Assembly (NCBI GenBank): GCA_951406725.2
Contig: OX597836.1
Coordinates: forward strand, 8,308,001-8,372,000
Length of the DNA: 64,000 nucleotides
Reading direction: 5' to 3'
Source: Octopus vulgaris
Taxonomy: Eukaryota
A program made the position numbers and the translations under genes. Below are positions 13,971-28,717 of the stretch, piece after piece. The notes beneath the pieces are model-generated. The model was given only the letters and a program-made list of their open reading frames with translations, ran no database searches and was not told the DNA's origin. Within the stretch, counting starts at the first letter, position 1. Every line of letters starts with the position of its first letter.

Positions 13971-14740
13971 GTTAGGTAAAAAAAATTTTTTTAAATGAGA
14001 AAGGGGAAAAAGAAAGTTGCATTGTTTTTTGCAAAAGAATAATAATAAATATGTACAAAAATTAAAAAATAAGTACTCCGATACATTGTGAATTCGTTGT
14101 GTATCTTGAGTTTAATGATTGTTCACGAAAAAATTACCTTGAGGTATTAGAATCCAATGGGATTAAGACCATGTGTTGTTTGGTTTAATTAAGGATGTTG
14201 GCAAAACAGGAAGTAGTAGTAATTGTGGTTCTTCAGTTCCTGTGTTGTGAATAAGGGTCTATGCAAATTTATATAATTAGAAAATAATATAAATAAAGTG
14301 TTAAAATCTGAAAGTTAAGTTAACAAACAATTATATAAAAAAGATAATGCAATTGAAGCTAAAATGATAATTTTATAATTTGGGGTTTATTAGCAACATT
14401 TATTGCAGGGGAGTTTGAGAAACACAAATTGAAGAACTCAAAAGAGTTGTCTCCCCTTATTCACAACACAGGAACTGAAGAACCACAATTACTACTACTT
14501 CCTGTTTTGCAAACATCTTTAATTAAACCAAACAACACATGTTCTTAATCCCATTGGATCCTAATACCTCAAGGTAATTTTTTCGTGAACAATCATTAAA
14601 CTCAAGATACACAACGAATTCACAATGTATCGGAGTACTTATTTTTTAATTTTTGTACATATTTATTATTATTCTTTTGCAAAAAACAATGCAACTTTCT
14701 TTTCTCCCCTTTCTCATTTAAAAAAAAAATTTTACCTAAC

Positions 14741-14782
14741 TATTCTTGATAAGTCACATTATGACGAAAACCGGTTTGAATA
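14741..14782 (+). ncRNA. Minimal hammerhead motif (U3-A8 core), right arm
   Basis: TATTC-TTGATAA-GTCA-catta-TGAC-GAAA-ACCGGT-TT-GAATA, with palindromic ACCGGT at stem III. Confidence 0.6.
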
Positions 14783-14869
14783 AATATATATTTGTATATT
14801 TTATCAATTTCTCATTTCATTAAAATTTTTTTTCAATTTAGCATTCTGCATTTTTACAATTTTTCCTTG

Positions 14870-15032
<163 letters not shown>

Positions 15033-15081
15033 AAGTGTATGTGCAGATGTATATATATACATATATATATATATATATGTA

Positions 15082-15144
<63 letters not shown>

Positions 15145-15454
15145 ATATGCACACGTATGACAGTGCTTAATACGCTGTCGGCAACGTTACGTATAAAAGG
15201 TCTAGACGAATTTGTCTTCTGACAGCTGATGATGCAAAACCACGTAATAAAACTGAAACCATTACGGTGGAAGCAGTAGCAGCAGCAGCAGCAGCAATAG
15301 TAGTAGTAGTAGTAGTAGTAGTTGCACAAATGTTTAGGGGAAGAGTAATTTTCTTTTCTTTCCAGCAGACACACTCACACACATACATGCATATATATAT
15401 GTGTGTGTGCATGTATGTATGTATATATAGAAAGACAGACAGACAGACAAGCAA

Positions 15455-15539
<85 letters not shown>

Positions 15540-15604
15540 TTGTTTTCGGCAACTTTACATTCACGCGCACTAAGATACAAATACACACTCACACACACAC
15601 ACTA

Positions 15605-15639
<35 letters not shown>

Positions 15640-16588
15640 CACTCACACACACACACACACACACACACATATGTGTGTGGGTGCGCGTCTTTAGGACATA
15701 CATTGAAAAGACGACTGTGTTCCACTTCAATGCTTTCTATCATGTCATCTTTCATATGCTCTCATGAGTTTCTTGCTGTTCGTTTGGAGTACTACAGTTC
15801 TTATGTCCATCCCCCAACGTTTCTAAACTGTCACAGTCTCATCTTCAGGATAAAATGGTATTGGGTCGTGCTGATGATTCTACGGGGGACAGAAAAACAG
15901 AACTACGTGAGATAATTCGAGAGTTTGTTTATAAACGGTTTGTCTAGACGTAGAAACCATTGAATGCTTATTAAATACTCTTTACTCTTTACTCTTTTAC
16001 TTGTTTCAGTCATTTGACTGCGGCCATGTTGGAGCACCGCCTTTAGTTGAGGAAATCGACCCCAAGGACTTATTCTTTGTAAGCCTAGTACTTATTCTAT
16101 CGGTCTCTTTTGCCGAACCGCTAATTTACGGGGACGTAAACACACCAGCATCGGTTGTCAAGCGATGTTGGGGGGACAAATACAGACGCACAAACACACA
16201 CACACACATATATATATATATACATATATACGACGAGCTTCTTTCAGTTTCCGTTTACCAAATCGACTCACAAGGCTTTGGTCGGCCCGAGGCTATAGTA
16301 GAAGACACTTGCCCGAGGTGCCACGCAGTGGGACTGAACCCGGAACCATGTGGTTGGTAAGCAAGCTACTTACCACACAGCCACTCCTGCGCCTATGACG
16401 TTAATTTGAATAGTTTATAAATTTCCTTTAACGAATCATTGTTAGTCAGTGGCGTGTTTGGCAAAGTCTGGACCCTTGAGGAGATATACGTAAAATGTAC
16501 TACAGTATTACAAAAGCATCAACTGAAAACAAGACAATCAAGTTTTATAATATATTACAAGTTTTTATAACCTTATATACGAAGCGAG

Positions 16589-16890
16589 TGGAAGCACATG
16601 GCCTAGTAGTTAGAGCAGCGGACTCGCGGTCGAGGGATTGCGGGTTCGAATCTCAGACCGGGCGATGTGTGTGTTTATGAGCGAAAACACCTAAGCTCCA
16701 CGCGGCTCTGGCAGAAGGTAATGGCGAACTTCTGCTGACTCTTTCGCCACAAATTTCTCTCACTCTTTCCTCCTGCATCTTGCAGCTCACCTGCGACGGA
16801 CCGGCGTCCCGTCCAGGTGGGGGAACCTATGCACCAAGGAAACCGGGAAACCGGCCCTTATGAGCCAGGCGTGGCTCGAGAAGGAACAAG
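16589..16890 (+). mobile_element. tRNA-derived SINE family C (Arg-like head)
   Basis: TGGCCTAGT.GTTAGAGCAGCGGACTCGCGGTCG..GGGTTCGAATCTC. Copies at ~24587-24890 and 27908-28208 (+); a related subfamily at ~2850-3035, 56428-56734 and 58424-58604 (-). Confidence 0.85.
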
Positions 16891-17396
16891 CAATAATTAA
16901 ACCAATAAAATGTCTTGTGAAATTCGGTTACCCAAGGTTTCGTGGCCGAAACGTTAATTCATTTCGTCATTTATCAAGTTGGGTAAATCAAGACACTTTA
17001 GTTGCGGGAGTTTTGTAGTTTTTATCATAATAATGTATTTGTCCTATTAACTGATCGAGTGCTATACCATACCACACACACGCACACATACACATACACA
17101 AACCGATATATACATACACATATGCCACAATATGCTCCTCGTTTTTCAATCATTTAAAATGCGTGTATCGACAATTTATTCGACGCGCTGGAATTTTTAG
17201 CTGAAGTGTTCCTTAATCTGTTCTCAGTTCACTTGAGAATTCGTGGATATTTTTATCACCTTTGATAGTCACAAATTCTGTGTCATCAATCTGAGATATT
17301 CGTTTCATCACGTTTTGCGCAGTTTCTCTCCACCTCTCTCTCTCTCTCTTTCTGTGTATAGGCATGCATACATACATACATGCATACATACATACA

Positions 17397-17430
<34 letters not shown>

Positions 17431-17701
17431 CATACATACATATAAGTATGTATATATAGGTGTGTGTGTGTACACTCATATAAAGACAGACACACACACA
17501 CATATATATATATAAACATATACATAAATACATACATGCGTGTGTGTGTGTATGTATGTATATATATTTGTAAAAATGCATACAAGAAGAATAAGGGTTG
17601 AAAAAACGTTAAAAATGTATATTAATATATATCAACAAAAAATATATCTAACATAGGAGATAAATATTACTATCATATATGTATATATACACACACATAT
17701 T

Positions 17702-17790
<89 letters not shown>

Positions 17791-18511
17791 ATAAAAAATT
17801 GTTTTCACATGTTTTCATGTAACAGCTTTACTGTCAAAATATTGGTGTCTGTTTTCACACGGTGAGTTTCACACACACATACATACCCACTCACACACAC
17901 GCACACAAATATGCATGTAAACACGCAGGCGCGTGCATACACACACATACATACACAAGTGCACACATGCACAAGAAGAGAGAATGTCGCAAATTACTGA
18001 AAAGTATATGGATACAAAAATGTTTTCGTTTATATGAAAATAAATGATTTACTGAATAAAATGTTACAAGTTATAACCAAAAGACGTTTTACAGGAGAAG
18101 AAGAAATGCATCTTACCAACCGGTTTCGATGACGGTTAGCATAGCCAAGTTTAAAGTAAGGTATTCAATGCATTCTTACACTATGGGTGAGAGATCCACG
18201 TCAGATTAATGTATATTATAATATATATATATATATATATATAAATTATAATTTAGGGTATCTAAGAGATACCACCCACGCTTGAAATAGCAGTCAGAAC
18301 TTGACTCTCAAACTACATTAAATCTTCATACAGCACCAGGAGAGAAGACAAAAGGACAAAATAAACTAGCAAAAAATTACTGGATGATTCCAGATCCCGG
18401 ATTTCTGGCTTTGCATAGGCACAGGCGTGCTGTGTGGTGTGTGCTAAGTAGCTTGATTACCAACCACATGGTTCCGAGTTCAGTCCCACTACGTTGCGTC
18501 GTGGGACTGCG

Positions 18512-19266
18512 TCGATAAGTCCAGCAGTACACCACCAAACAGTCAGCATAACCTTCTTTTTGAAGAGCTCGGGTTTAGGGAAAGTTTTCGGTGCTTCATT
18601 TTGATCCAACCACTGACAAGAACGTTTTTTATTATTGTACAGAATCCACTTTCATCGCAAGTTTACAATGCGGTCGAGAAATGGATCGGCCTGGTTACGC
18701 AGAAGAAGCGACGAGCAAACTTCATGTCTGCGCATTTTCTGATTTTCATTCAAATCGTGTGGTACCCATTTGTCAAACTTTTTTGATTTTCCGATCGCAT
18801 GCAAATGGTTGCAGGCAGTTTTCTGACTAACTTGAAGTTCTTTTGCCGGTTCTCGAGCGGTTTTACGTGGATCTTTCTCAACGTCTTTAATTGGCCGTCA
18901 TCGATGACAGATGGGCGTCCACCACGCTCACGATCTTCAAGGCTCAAGTCTCCACTGCGAAATCGTTCAAACCATTTTCGAACTGACCACTCACTGGTCA
19001 TTTCCTCACCGAACGTTCTGTTGATATTGCAAGCAATTTCAGCTACTTAACATCCTTTTTTGAAAATGAATAGCAAAATTGCTCGAATATCGCGCTTTAA
19101 CAGTTCCATCTCAAATGATTATTACAGCGGTGAAATTTGGGAAAGTCTACGTCTGTATTATCAGACAATTGCAAAAAATATGTTTAAAAAAATTCAAAAT
19201 TCTGCAAAAATCCGGTACAAATTCTTCGTGGTTCAAAACGTTGCTTACTTCTTACTCAACCTGATA
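18512..19266 (-). mobile_element. Mariner 5' half, truncated at a SINE
   Basis: TIR-like TATCAGGTTGAGTAAGAAGT. HTH region VRKWFERFRSGDLSLEDRERGGRPS, then WVPHDLNENQK and KKVMLTVWW; stops and frameshifts present. Confidence 0.85.
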
Positions 19267-19452
19267 TATCAATCTCTCTATCTATCTGTCTATCTGTCTG
19301 TCTGTCTGATTGTCTGTCTGTATTTGCCTTTCATCCTTTCGTGGTCAAGAAATTAAATACCAGTTGTGTACTGGGATCGATGTAATCGACTTAACTCCCC
19401 TCCCAAAATTTCAAGCCTTGTGATTATTGTAGAAAGGATAATCTTCTTCTTC

Positions 19453-19493
<41 letters not shown>

Positions 19494-20005
19494 TATAATA
19501 AAGGCGGTGAGCTGGCAGAATTGTTAGCACGCTGGGCGAAATGCTTCGCGGCATTTCGTCCGTATTTACGTTCTGAGTTCAGATTCCGCTGAGGTCAACT
19601 TTGCTTTTCATCCTTTCGGGGTCGATAAATTGAGTACCAGTGAGTACTGGGGTCGATGAAATAGACTACACCCCTCCCACCAAATTTTAGGTCTTGTGCC
19701 TTTAATAGAAACCATTATTACTATCATTAATTGGCATCGAATTACAAAAGAGACTTAAGGATCGACATAGAAATATAACAATTTAGGTTTTAATTTCTTT
19801 TCGTGAGAACTTTTGTGATTTATTACGCACATTTTTGTTTTCCATTTTTTTTGTGATAAGGTTGTGTCACGTGAAACGCATATATGTCTATTTTCTCTCA
19901 CTTTTTTCTCTGTGTGTGTGTGTGTGTGTGTACATAAATATTACTATACATACATACATACATACATACATACATACATACATACATACATACATACATG
20001 TATAA

Positions 20006-20050
<45 letters not shown>

Positions 20051-20054
20051 AAGC

Positions 20055-20092
<38 letters not shown>

Positions 20093-20118
20093 TAGATATA
20101 TAGGTTTGCATGTAATTA

Positions 20119-20177
<59 letters not shown>

Positions 20178-20250
20178 TTTTATATATGTATACATATACA
20201 TATACTTACTTTATATGTATATATACATATACTTATATAAATAAGGTTTA

Positions 20251-20283
<33 letters not shown>

Positions 20284-20738
20284 TGTACGTATGTACATAT
20301 AAAATATTGTTATATATTCACACACACATATATACACATGTGTACATGTATATGTATGCATGTGTATATATACATATATGCATATATAAGTATGTATGTG
20401 CCTGAGTGATTTCGTGCGTATGTGTGTATATGTGTGTGCGTGAGTGTATGTATGTGTAGGTTCCTAAAAATTTCCCGTGTCTTCGTGTATCCGTACGATG
20501 CGTGTTATGTGCGCCCATTTTCGATAGATTAGCCAAGTTCTTTGATTTGTGCTTGAAATACCATAAATATTGCGTTAATGTGTAAATAAATGTTGCTCCA
20601 TTAATTTACTTCTGTAATATTAGCATTGGACAACGTCTTCTTCTTCGTTGTTTGTTTGTTTGTTTTTTTTGTTTTTTGATTCCTTCTTGTTTATTTACGG
20701 TTAATCAACATCACAACAACATCTTCTATCACCACCAT

Positions 20739-20774
<36 letters not shown>

Positions 20775-20836
20775 AAAGCATCTTCACTGCCACTTTCATT
20801 AAATCTATGTTCAACACACACACACACATGTGTATG

Positions 20837-20876
<40 letters not shown>

Positions 20877-20928
20877 TATATATATACATATGTATATATA
20901 TTTATATACACATACACAAACATTTATA

Positions 20929-20996
<68 letters not shown>

Positions 20997-21085
20997 CATA
21001 TATACATACACACACACACACATATATATATATACTGTATTTGTATATATATGGTATATATATATATATATGTATGTATAAGTAC

Positions 21086-21131
<46 letters not shown>

Positions 21132-21238
21132 GACTTTGTTCATGCACAAAATTGAAGACATGTATGCATACATACATGCATATATACGTATATATATGCA
21201 TAATAGAATGAGGAATATATATGTATGTATTATGTGTG

Positions 21239-21294
<56 letters not shown>

Positions 21295-21561
21295 TTCTAT
21301 TATGCATAGACTAAGGTAAAACTTTTTCCTCCACTTCCACCTCCTCCTCCTCATCATCATCATCATCACTCCCCTTTTCTTCCCCTCCTCCCCCTTCACT
21401 TTTCTATTTTGATGTTATTCTTATGATTTTTTTAATGTTTTGAAAACATCCCCCCTCCTCTTTGGTTTACGAGTAAACTTTTCTTTCTCTCTTTTTCCTT
21501 CTATCTATCTATCTTTCTATCTATCTGTCTATTTATCTGTCTGATTCACTGTATTTATATT

Positions 21562-21615
<54 letters not shown>

Positions 21616-22123
21616 TGTTTATCTATCTATATATTTGTCTGTGTGTCTGTGTCTGTCAGTCTCTGTGTCTGTCTGTCAGTCTGTCACTCTACTTTTCTCT
21701 ATTTCTCTGTTTCTGTATTCTATCTTGCTTGCTTATTTTCTTTCTTTCTTTTTTTTCCCTTTTCATTCATTCACATCATTCATTCCTTCTTTCTGCTATT
21801 CCTCTCCCCCCCCCTTAAAATATTTTCTTTATTCTCAGTTGTTGTTTTTTTAGGTTTTTTTTCCTAACTCTAAGATGTTTATTATTTTTTTTTATTCATT
21901 CAATTTTTTTTAGAAATCCACAGAATTGCTGAAGGTTATTTAAACAAAAACAAAAACAAAAACAGAAAAAAACAACAACTACAACCACAACCACAACGAC
22001 CACAATATTAAGCACCACCACCACCACACCACTACCACCATCACTACTACCACCACCACCACTACCACCATCACTACTACCACCATCACCACCACCACAA
22101 CAACAGCAACTGCTGCTGCTGTA

Positions 22124-22156
<33 letters not shown>

Positions 22157-23047
22157 GCCACTACTACTACTGCCACTACTACTACTGCTGCTACTGCTGC
22201 TACTACTACTACTACTACTACTACTATTATTATTATTATTACTACTACTACTACTACTATTATTATTATTACTACTACTACTACTACAACTACCACCACT
22301 ACTACTGCTGCTACTACTACTACTACATAACCGGCCCAAAATCTTTATAAAAATTTTGTAATTTTATGTTCGTTTTTTTTCATCTTTTTTTTATGTTATT
22401 CTTTCTTGTTTTTAAATGTCGACGTGTTTCTGTTTTAAGACAAAAAATGAAACAACAACAAAAAAAGAAATAGCAACAAACAAAAACTTTTAATCCGGTT
22501 TGAAGCGTGGATTTGTCATTTTTTTTTATTATTATTATTTTATCCTTTAATCTCTTGTTAACATTTCAAAATTCGACATTTCCCTCATTTTTATTTCCTC
22601 AATTTTATTTCATCTCTTTTTTTTTTTTTTTTCGGTATTCTTAAAATAAAATCATATTTGTTTCTTTTTTTTTTTTTTAATTTCTTTCATCGCATTTTAA
22701 CGAAAATTTTTGAATAATAATAAATTTAAAATCTGTTTTATTTTGACAACACACGGCGACAAACAGACAGACAGATAAATAGATATGCTTCTATATATAT
22801 ATATATATATATATGTAACCTATATAGTATCTTTATAAACAGGGATAATTAAGCGGTTTGTCCGTTGATTAAATAATAAAAAAAAGGGCTGTCAGGTAAG
22901 ACGCTTGCTTCCCAGCCACAGGGCTCTGGGTTCAGTCCCACTGCGTGGCACCTTGGACAAGTGTCTTCTACCATCGCCTCAGGCCGACCAAAACCTTGTG
23001 AGTGGATTTGATAGACAAAAACTGAAACAAGCTCTGTGTGTGTGTGT

Positions 23048-23100
<53 letters not shown>

Positions 23101-24009
23101 CGTGCGTGATTGTGTCTGTTTTTTGCCTCCTTCCATCCCATTACCTCTTGACAACCGGTATTGGTGTGTTTACGTCCCCGTAACTTACCGGCAAAATGAC
23201 CAATAAAAAAAGTACTAGGCTTTTAAAAATATCCTTGAAGCCGATTTGTTCGGCTAAAACCCTTCAAGGCAATATTCCAGGATAGCCATAGTCAAGTGAC
23301 TGAAACAAGTAAATGAATAAAAAAAATCGGTAATTGATTTATTGAATTCTCATCAGCGACATCTACATCTGTTTCATTAATTCCAGAGAAACGAGCAGCC
23401 AGTCGGTTTATGTACTTAACAGTTACAGTAGGTATAGAAAACCGAAGCTAATAATTTGCATGATGCAAATGTTAACACTTTATTTTTAAATACCAAGGGC
23501 CTGTCAAGAGGGATCTCAGTCCACACAGTTTCGAAGTGTGATATAATATATGTAACCTGTAGCGTACCAGTGCTTCTATAGTATGATATCTACCATCCAT
23601 TTTCTACTATAGTATATCTACTATAATATTTTTTTATACTATAGTATATCTACCAACCGTTGGTAGTATGAAATATGTTAAAAATCATTAGACATTCATT
23701 CTACCAAAGGAAAGGAACACAATAAACAGTTTGTAGCGGAAAATTTATTAAGAGTCATTAACACCTTAAATCTTAAACCTTAATTATTATACAAAATTTT
23801 TTTTTAAATCATCAAATATTGATTTCTATGTTTGTAAACTGATCTGATATCATTAAAAAAATGCCGTGAACAGGTCATCGTATTTCCTGAGCATTTTCCA
23901 ACAATAATGATCCAAATGTGATTGAAAGTGTTCAGTAGATACTCCTCTTTTTTCCCCCTTAGGTATTTCAATCTTGGCATCAACTTACGATACCTCAATA
24001 GCTTACATC

Positions 24010-24160
24010 TTGTTATTAAAAAAAGTCATCAACAACAGATATGACTTCCTTCATCATCACTGCGATGCCGGCTCCCACCCATGTGGGTTTTTTTTTTTTC
24101 AAGTTGAAGAACAAATAATAGGCAAATAGGGCCAGATTAGGAGAATAAGGAGGGTGATCA
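24010..24160 (-). mobile_element. Mariner C-terminal fragment
   Basis: GFGLIDHPPYSPNLALFAYYLFFNLKK (HPPYSPDLAP.DY.LF..LK motif). Confidence 0.7.
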
Positions 24161-25616
24161 ATCAGTCCAAAGCCACACCCACACACTCCCTCTCCCACAC
24201 ACATACTACTCACATAAACAAAAGTGCAGGGCGTGTAATCAACTCCCTAACTTTACAGCTGTTTCGAATAAACAAAAACTGGTGCCATAACGTTGTATAT
24301 TATGTAATAAGCTCCAGTAATATTGCAGGTGTATGGATTAACATGGATTTTTAGAAATCCATGATGTGAACTCTTGATGTCTTCATTCAGAAGACTCTAC
24401 CAACATACTCATGTTCCCTTTACAGTTTAGTGAGAGTGAGGCAAGATCATCATTGACCAGGAGACGTGGTTCGAATTCTTGTAATACCATATGGCACATT
24501 TGGTGTACGTTAAAGGTGCCATGTGGTGGCGCAAAACTAAGCAACAGATTATGTCTATCATTCAACTAGGTCACGGTAGGATTTGGTGGAGACACATGGC
24601 CTGGTGGTTAGAGCAGCGGACTCGCGGTCGAGGGATCCCGGGTTCAAATCTCAGACCGGGCGATGTGTGTGTTTATGAGTGAAAACACCTAAGCTCCTTG
24701 CGGCTCCGGCAGAAGGTAATGGCGAAATTTCTGCTGACTCTTTCACCACAACTTTCTCTCACTCTTTCCTCCTGCATCTTGCAGCTCACCTGCGACGGAC
24801 TGGCGTCCCGTCCAGGTGGGGAACCTATACACCATGGAAACCGGGGAAACCAGCCCTTATGAGCCAGGCGTGGCTTGAGAAGGAACAAACAAGGGTGGGA
24901 TTTGAGCTCAGAACACAACCAAGAGAAACATTGACCACAAGGCACCCCGTCCAACATTTTTACATTAAGACTAATGGCACATGAACCTAAATAACAACAA
25001 CAGCAACAACAGTAACAACAACAGCAGCAGAAGCAATGATAGCAACGACAAGAACACCAACAGCAACAACAACAACAACAACAACAACAAAAGCAAGAAG
25101 TTGCTTCCTCTTGTGTCCAACCATTTTCCTTTAAATTGCTATTCTGCATTAAATTATTTATAACAATTTTATTTATTCGTTTTTATGTTTATTTATTTTC
25201 ATTTCTGGTCACGAATCCATTTTAATTCGATCGGGCGAATAGGGAAAAGTCGTTCAGCTATTCGCCATAATTTAATCATGTGCAACAGAAGTTGCTATCA
25301 AGACGCTAATGTAAACTGACTAAACCTTAACACGACAATGCGCTTACATTACTATCATTATTATTTATTATTATTATTATGATCATCATCACCATCACCA
25401 TCATCATCATCATCATCATAATTATTATTATACCTGTTTCAGTCATTTAAATTGCGGCCATGCTGGAGCACCGCCTTTAGTCGAGCAAATCGAGCCCCAG
25501 GACGTATTCTTTGTAAGCCTAGTACTTATTCTATTGGTCTCTTTCGCCGAACCGCTATGTTATGGGGACGTAAACTCACCAACATCGATTGTCAAACAAT
25601 GTTGAGAGGACAAACA

Positions 25617-25687
<71 letters not shown>

Positions 25688-26052
25688 GACGGGCTTCTCT
25701 CAGTTTCCGTCTACCAAATCCACTCGCAAAGCTTTGGTCGGTCCAAGTCTATAGTAGAAGACACTTGCCCAAGGTGCCGCTGCGAGGCACCTTGGGCGTG
25801 TGGTTGGTAAGCAAGCTACTTACCACACAGCCACTCCTGCGCCTATTATTATTGTTGTTGCTGTTGTTGTTATTATTAATGCGGCGAGGGGACAAACAAG
25901 GAGGTCCCTTTCTTGCCATACGTCATTTAACAGGTAATAACTCGAGACTGATAATAATAGAAATCCCTCCGTTTCGTTGATTACAGTATAACACGATTTT
26001 TGTCCCTGGGTAGCAACTGTTGTTCCCTATTTGCTGACCCCTAGAAGGTATG

Positions 26053-26563
26053 AAAATGGCTAATATTTCCTTCAAACTTTGCTTTCCTCAAACTTGTCTC
26101 CACTTGGACACTTAGAAGAAGTAAACTGAACTGTTGAGTTTACGATCACTGCCATCTGTATTGACAGAACGTTCTAGAAGTTCTAGAAACTTTTTGAAAC
26201 TTCTCGAAAGTTCTTGACACTTCTAGAAAGTTCTGTTTCAGCAATTCAGCAGTGAATCTGTCTGAAATGTAATGGAAAATAGGTCAGATTGAAAACGTTG
26301 ACGTCCAGGTCACAAAAGCAAAGTTTGAAGGGAATAGCAGTCATTTACTTTGATTTCTAGACAGAAGCACGTAGGAAATAACACCTAAAGACCAAAGACA
26401 ACAAGAAACTCTGGGTATTGAGCAGAATATTCGCTATAACGATATTTCTGCTTCAGCAATTCAGCAGTGAATCTGTCTGAAATGTAATGGAAAATAGGTC
26501 AGTTTGAAAACGTTGACGTCCAGGTCACAAAAGCAAAGTTTGAAGGGAATAGTTAGCCATTTC
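26053..26563. mobile_element. TIR element remnant with a duplicated right end
   Basis: AAATGGCTAATATTTCCTTCAAACTTTGCTTT is inverted at 26529-26563 and, more degenerately, at ~26317-26346. Confidence 0.6.
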
Positions 26564-27016
26564 TTCTGATTTGTAGAGAGAAGCAAACAGAAAATAGGAC
26601 TTATTGGCCAATGACAGAATATATAGCTAAATGAAAATTTTGTTAAATAGTGTTATTTCTGCTAAATCTTTTATAGCAGCATTGCGTTTCAGTCTTTTAT
26701 TCATGGCAGAAAACATCTTATCTCTGAACTAAAACTTACAAAGAATTAGAAAATCTCTTTATATCGCTTTATCAGATCTCAAGTTCGAAGAAGCTCCTTC
26801 CCCTACTTTTCTCTCTCCTCCTTCTCCTCTTGTTTTCTTTATGTTCTGAAACATAAGATTTTTACAGGGTCTCTCAGCTTGTTAGAAATCGCAGTGAAAT
26901 CTTCTTCCAAATGGTATTTTTATCTTGGTAGATAAGGAAGAAACGGTGGGCAAAAGATAAGGGAAAATGGAAAAAAAAATTTAGATTTTCGTGGTTGTAA
27001 TACTTTCGATCATGTA

Positions 27017-27814
27017 CAGGGTGTTCGGGCTAAATTTGGCGTGTTTCTATGTCGCATTTTTGTTTTCAGGAATAGGCTGATGCAAACAGACAGCGGCGTT
27101 GGAGAGCATAAAGATGAAAGTTGTAGTTGAGAAAAAGCTGGCTGACATGGAGGACTGGAAGTCACCTGAATATTGGAAAAAGTTACCCGTATCATGAGGA
27201 CTCATGCCGGGTATCCAATTGCTGACATCATGATTGTTCTCAATTTTCTGTGAACATTGTAAAGGCTGTAAAACGTGACATGGACATCATTAAAACTAAT
27301 TTTGCCAGACTATGATGATCTTTGAGTGTCTCCAATCACGATGACGTCATGCTGCTGCTCCTCATCTTTGGACTGGGCCTTAGGCTCAATTCGCACGGTT
27401 ATGTGAAACTGCTGGGAATTGTGGTCAATCCTTGGCTGGAGAGGATTGCCGCTGGGAGGATATATGTGTGGAGGAAGGATTTAGCTCCTTGCCATACGTC
27501 CAGAAAGAGTCAAAAGTGGTTGTCAGAGAATTTCTATGACTTCACCAGCCACAATTTCTGGCCTTCTAGACCCCCGCCTTGATTGTAATCTTATGGATCA
27601 CTATGTATGGGGCATTATTGAGAAAGACACCAACCTCTCTGACTGCAACAGCAAGGCCGAGCTGATGGCTAAGATCAAGGAAGTATTCAAAGATCTTCCC
27701 AAGGACACAGAGAGAAACAAATGTGCCATGTTCCAGTGCCATCTTGGGGCCATGTGGAATACGAAGGTGACCACTTGGTGTAAAATTATTACCTTCCAGT
27801 CATAATCTAGCCGT

Positions 27815-27815
<1 letters not shown>
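27017..27815 (+). mobile_element. Tc1/mariner-superfamily (maT/DD37D-like) remnant
   Basis: TA|CAGGGTGT terminus; WRKDLAPCHTSRKSQKWLSENF and NFWPS..DCNLMDHYVWG. A short related fragment lies at ~12389-12455. Confidence 0.75.
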
Positions 27816-27889
<74 letters not shown>

Positions 27890-28608
27890 TTTAAGTACTT
27901 TCAGCTTTGGGGGCACATGGCCTAGTCGTTAGAACTGCGTACTTCGCGGTCAAGGAATCGCGAGTTCGAATCTCAGACCGGGCGATGCGTGTGTTTATGA
28001 GCGAAACACCTAAGCTTCACGCGGCTCCGGCAGAAGGTAATGGCGAACTTCTACTGACTCTTTGGCCACAACTTTCTCTCACTCTTTCCTCCTGCCTCTT
28101 GCAGCTCACCTGCGACGGACCGACGTCCTGTCCAGGTGGGAAACCTATACGCCAATGAAACCGGGAAACCGGCTCTTGTGATCCAGGGATGGATCGAGAA
28201 GGAACAAACAACAACTTTCAGTTTTGGATGGAATATTGGGTTACCATTTCCTTTTATACAAACTGTCAAAAGCAGGAAATACGGCATGCATAGGATTTTG
28301 CTTTCATCCAGTTTCTTGGTGTTTATACAAAATGATAAAAATTTTCTTTCAGCTTTTGTCTTCAGTCTTTTACTTCTTTCAATCGTCGGGCTGTGACCAT
28401 GCTGGAGCACCACCTTGAAGGGTTTTAGCCGAACGAATCGATTCGAATACTTAATTTGAAAACCTGGTACTTATTCTATCGGTCACTTTTGGGCAAAACG
28501 CTATGTTACGGGGACGTAAACAAACCAACACCGGCTGTGAAGCAGTGAAGGGGACAAACAGACACACACATACATTCAGACAGACAGACAGACAGACAGA
28601 CAGATAGA

Positions 28609-28717
<109 letters not shown>

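Noticed and set aside
15190-15202. TATAAAAG TATA box
   Set aside because: An isolated short motif in AT-rich DNA with no supportable downstream exon.
16001-16398. Recurrent ORFs ending [27 protein letters not shown]
   Set aside because: Antisense translation of SINE family B, repeated at every copy.
16589-16660. tRNA-like sequences
   Set aside because: SINE heads with A/B boxes but no proper acceptor stem, continuing into SINE bodies.
18110-18210. CGAAACCGGTT hammerhead 3' half on the minus strand
   Set aside because: No matching 5' core or closing stem I could be found.
18750-19001. SETMAR-like host gene
   Set aside because: Mariner transposase fragment with a TIR, stops and frameshifts; no SET domain.
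25234-25266. GGCGAATAG/CTATTCGCC hairpin as a miRNA or Helitron end
   Set aside because: Only a 9-bp stem, no extended pairing and no downstream CTRR.
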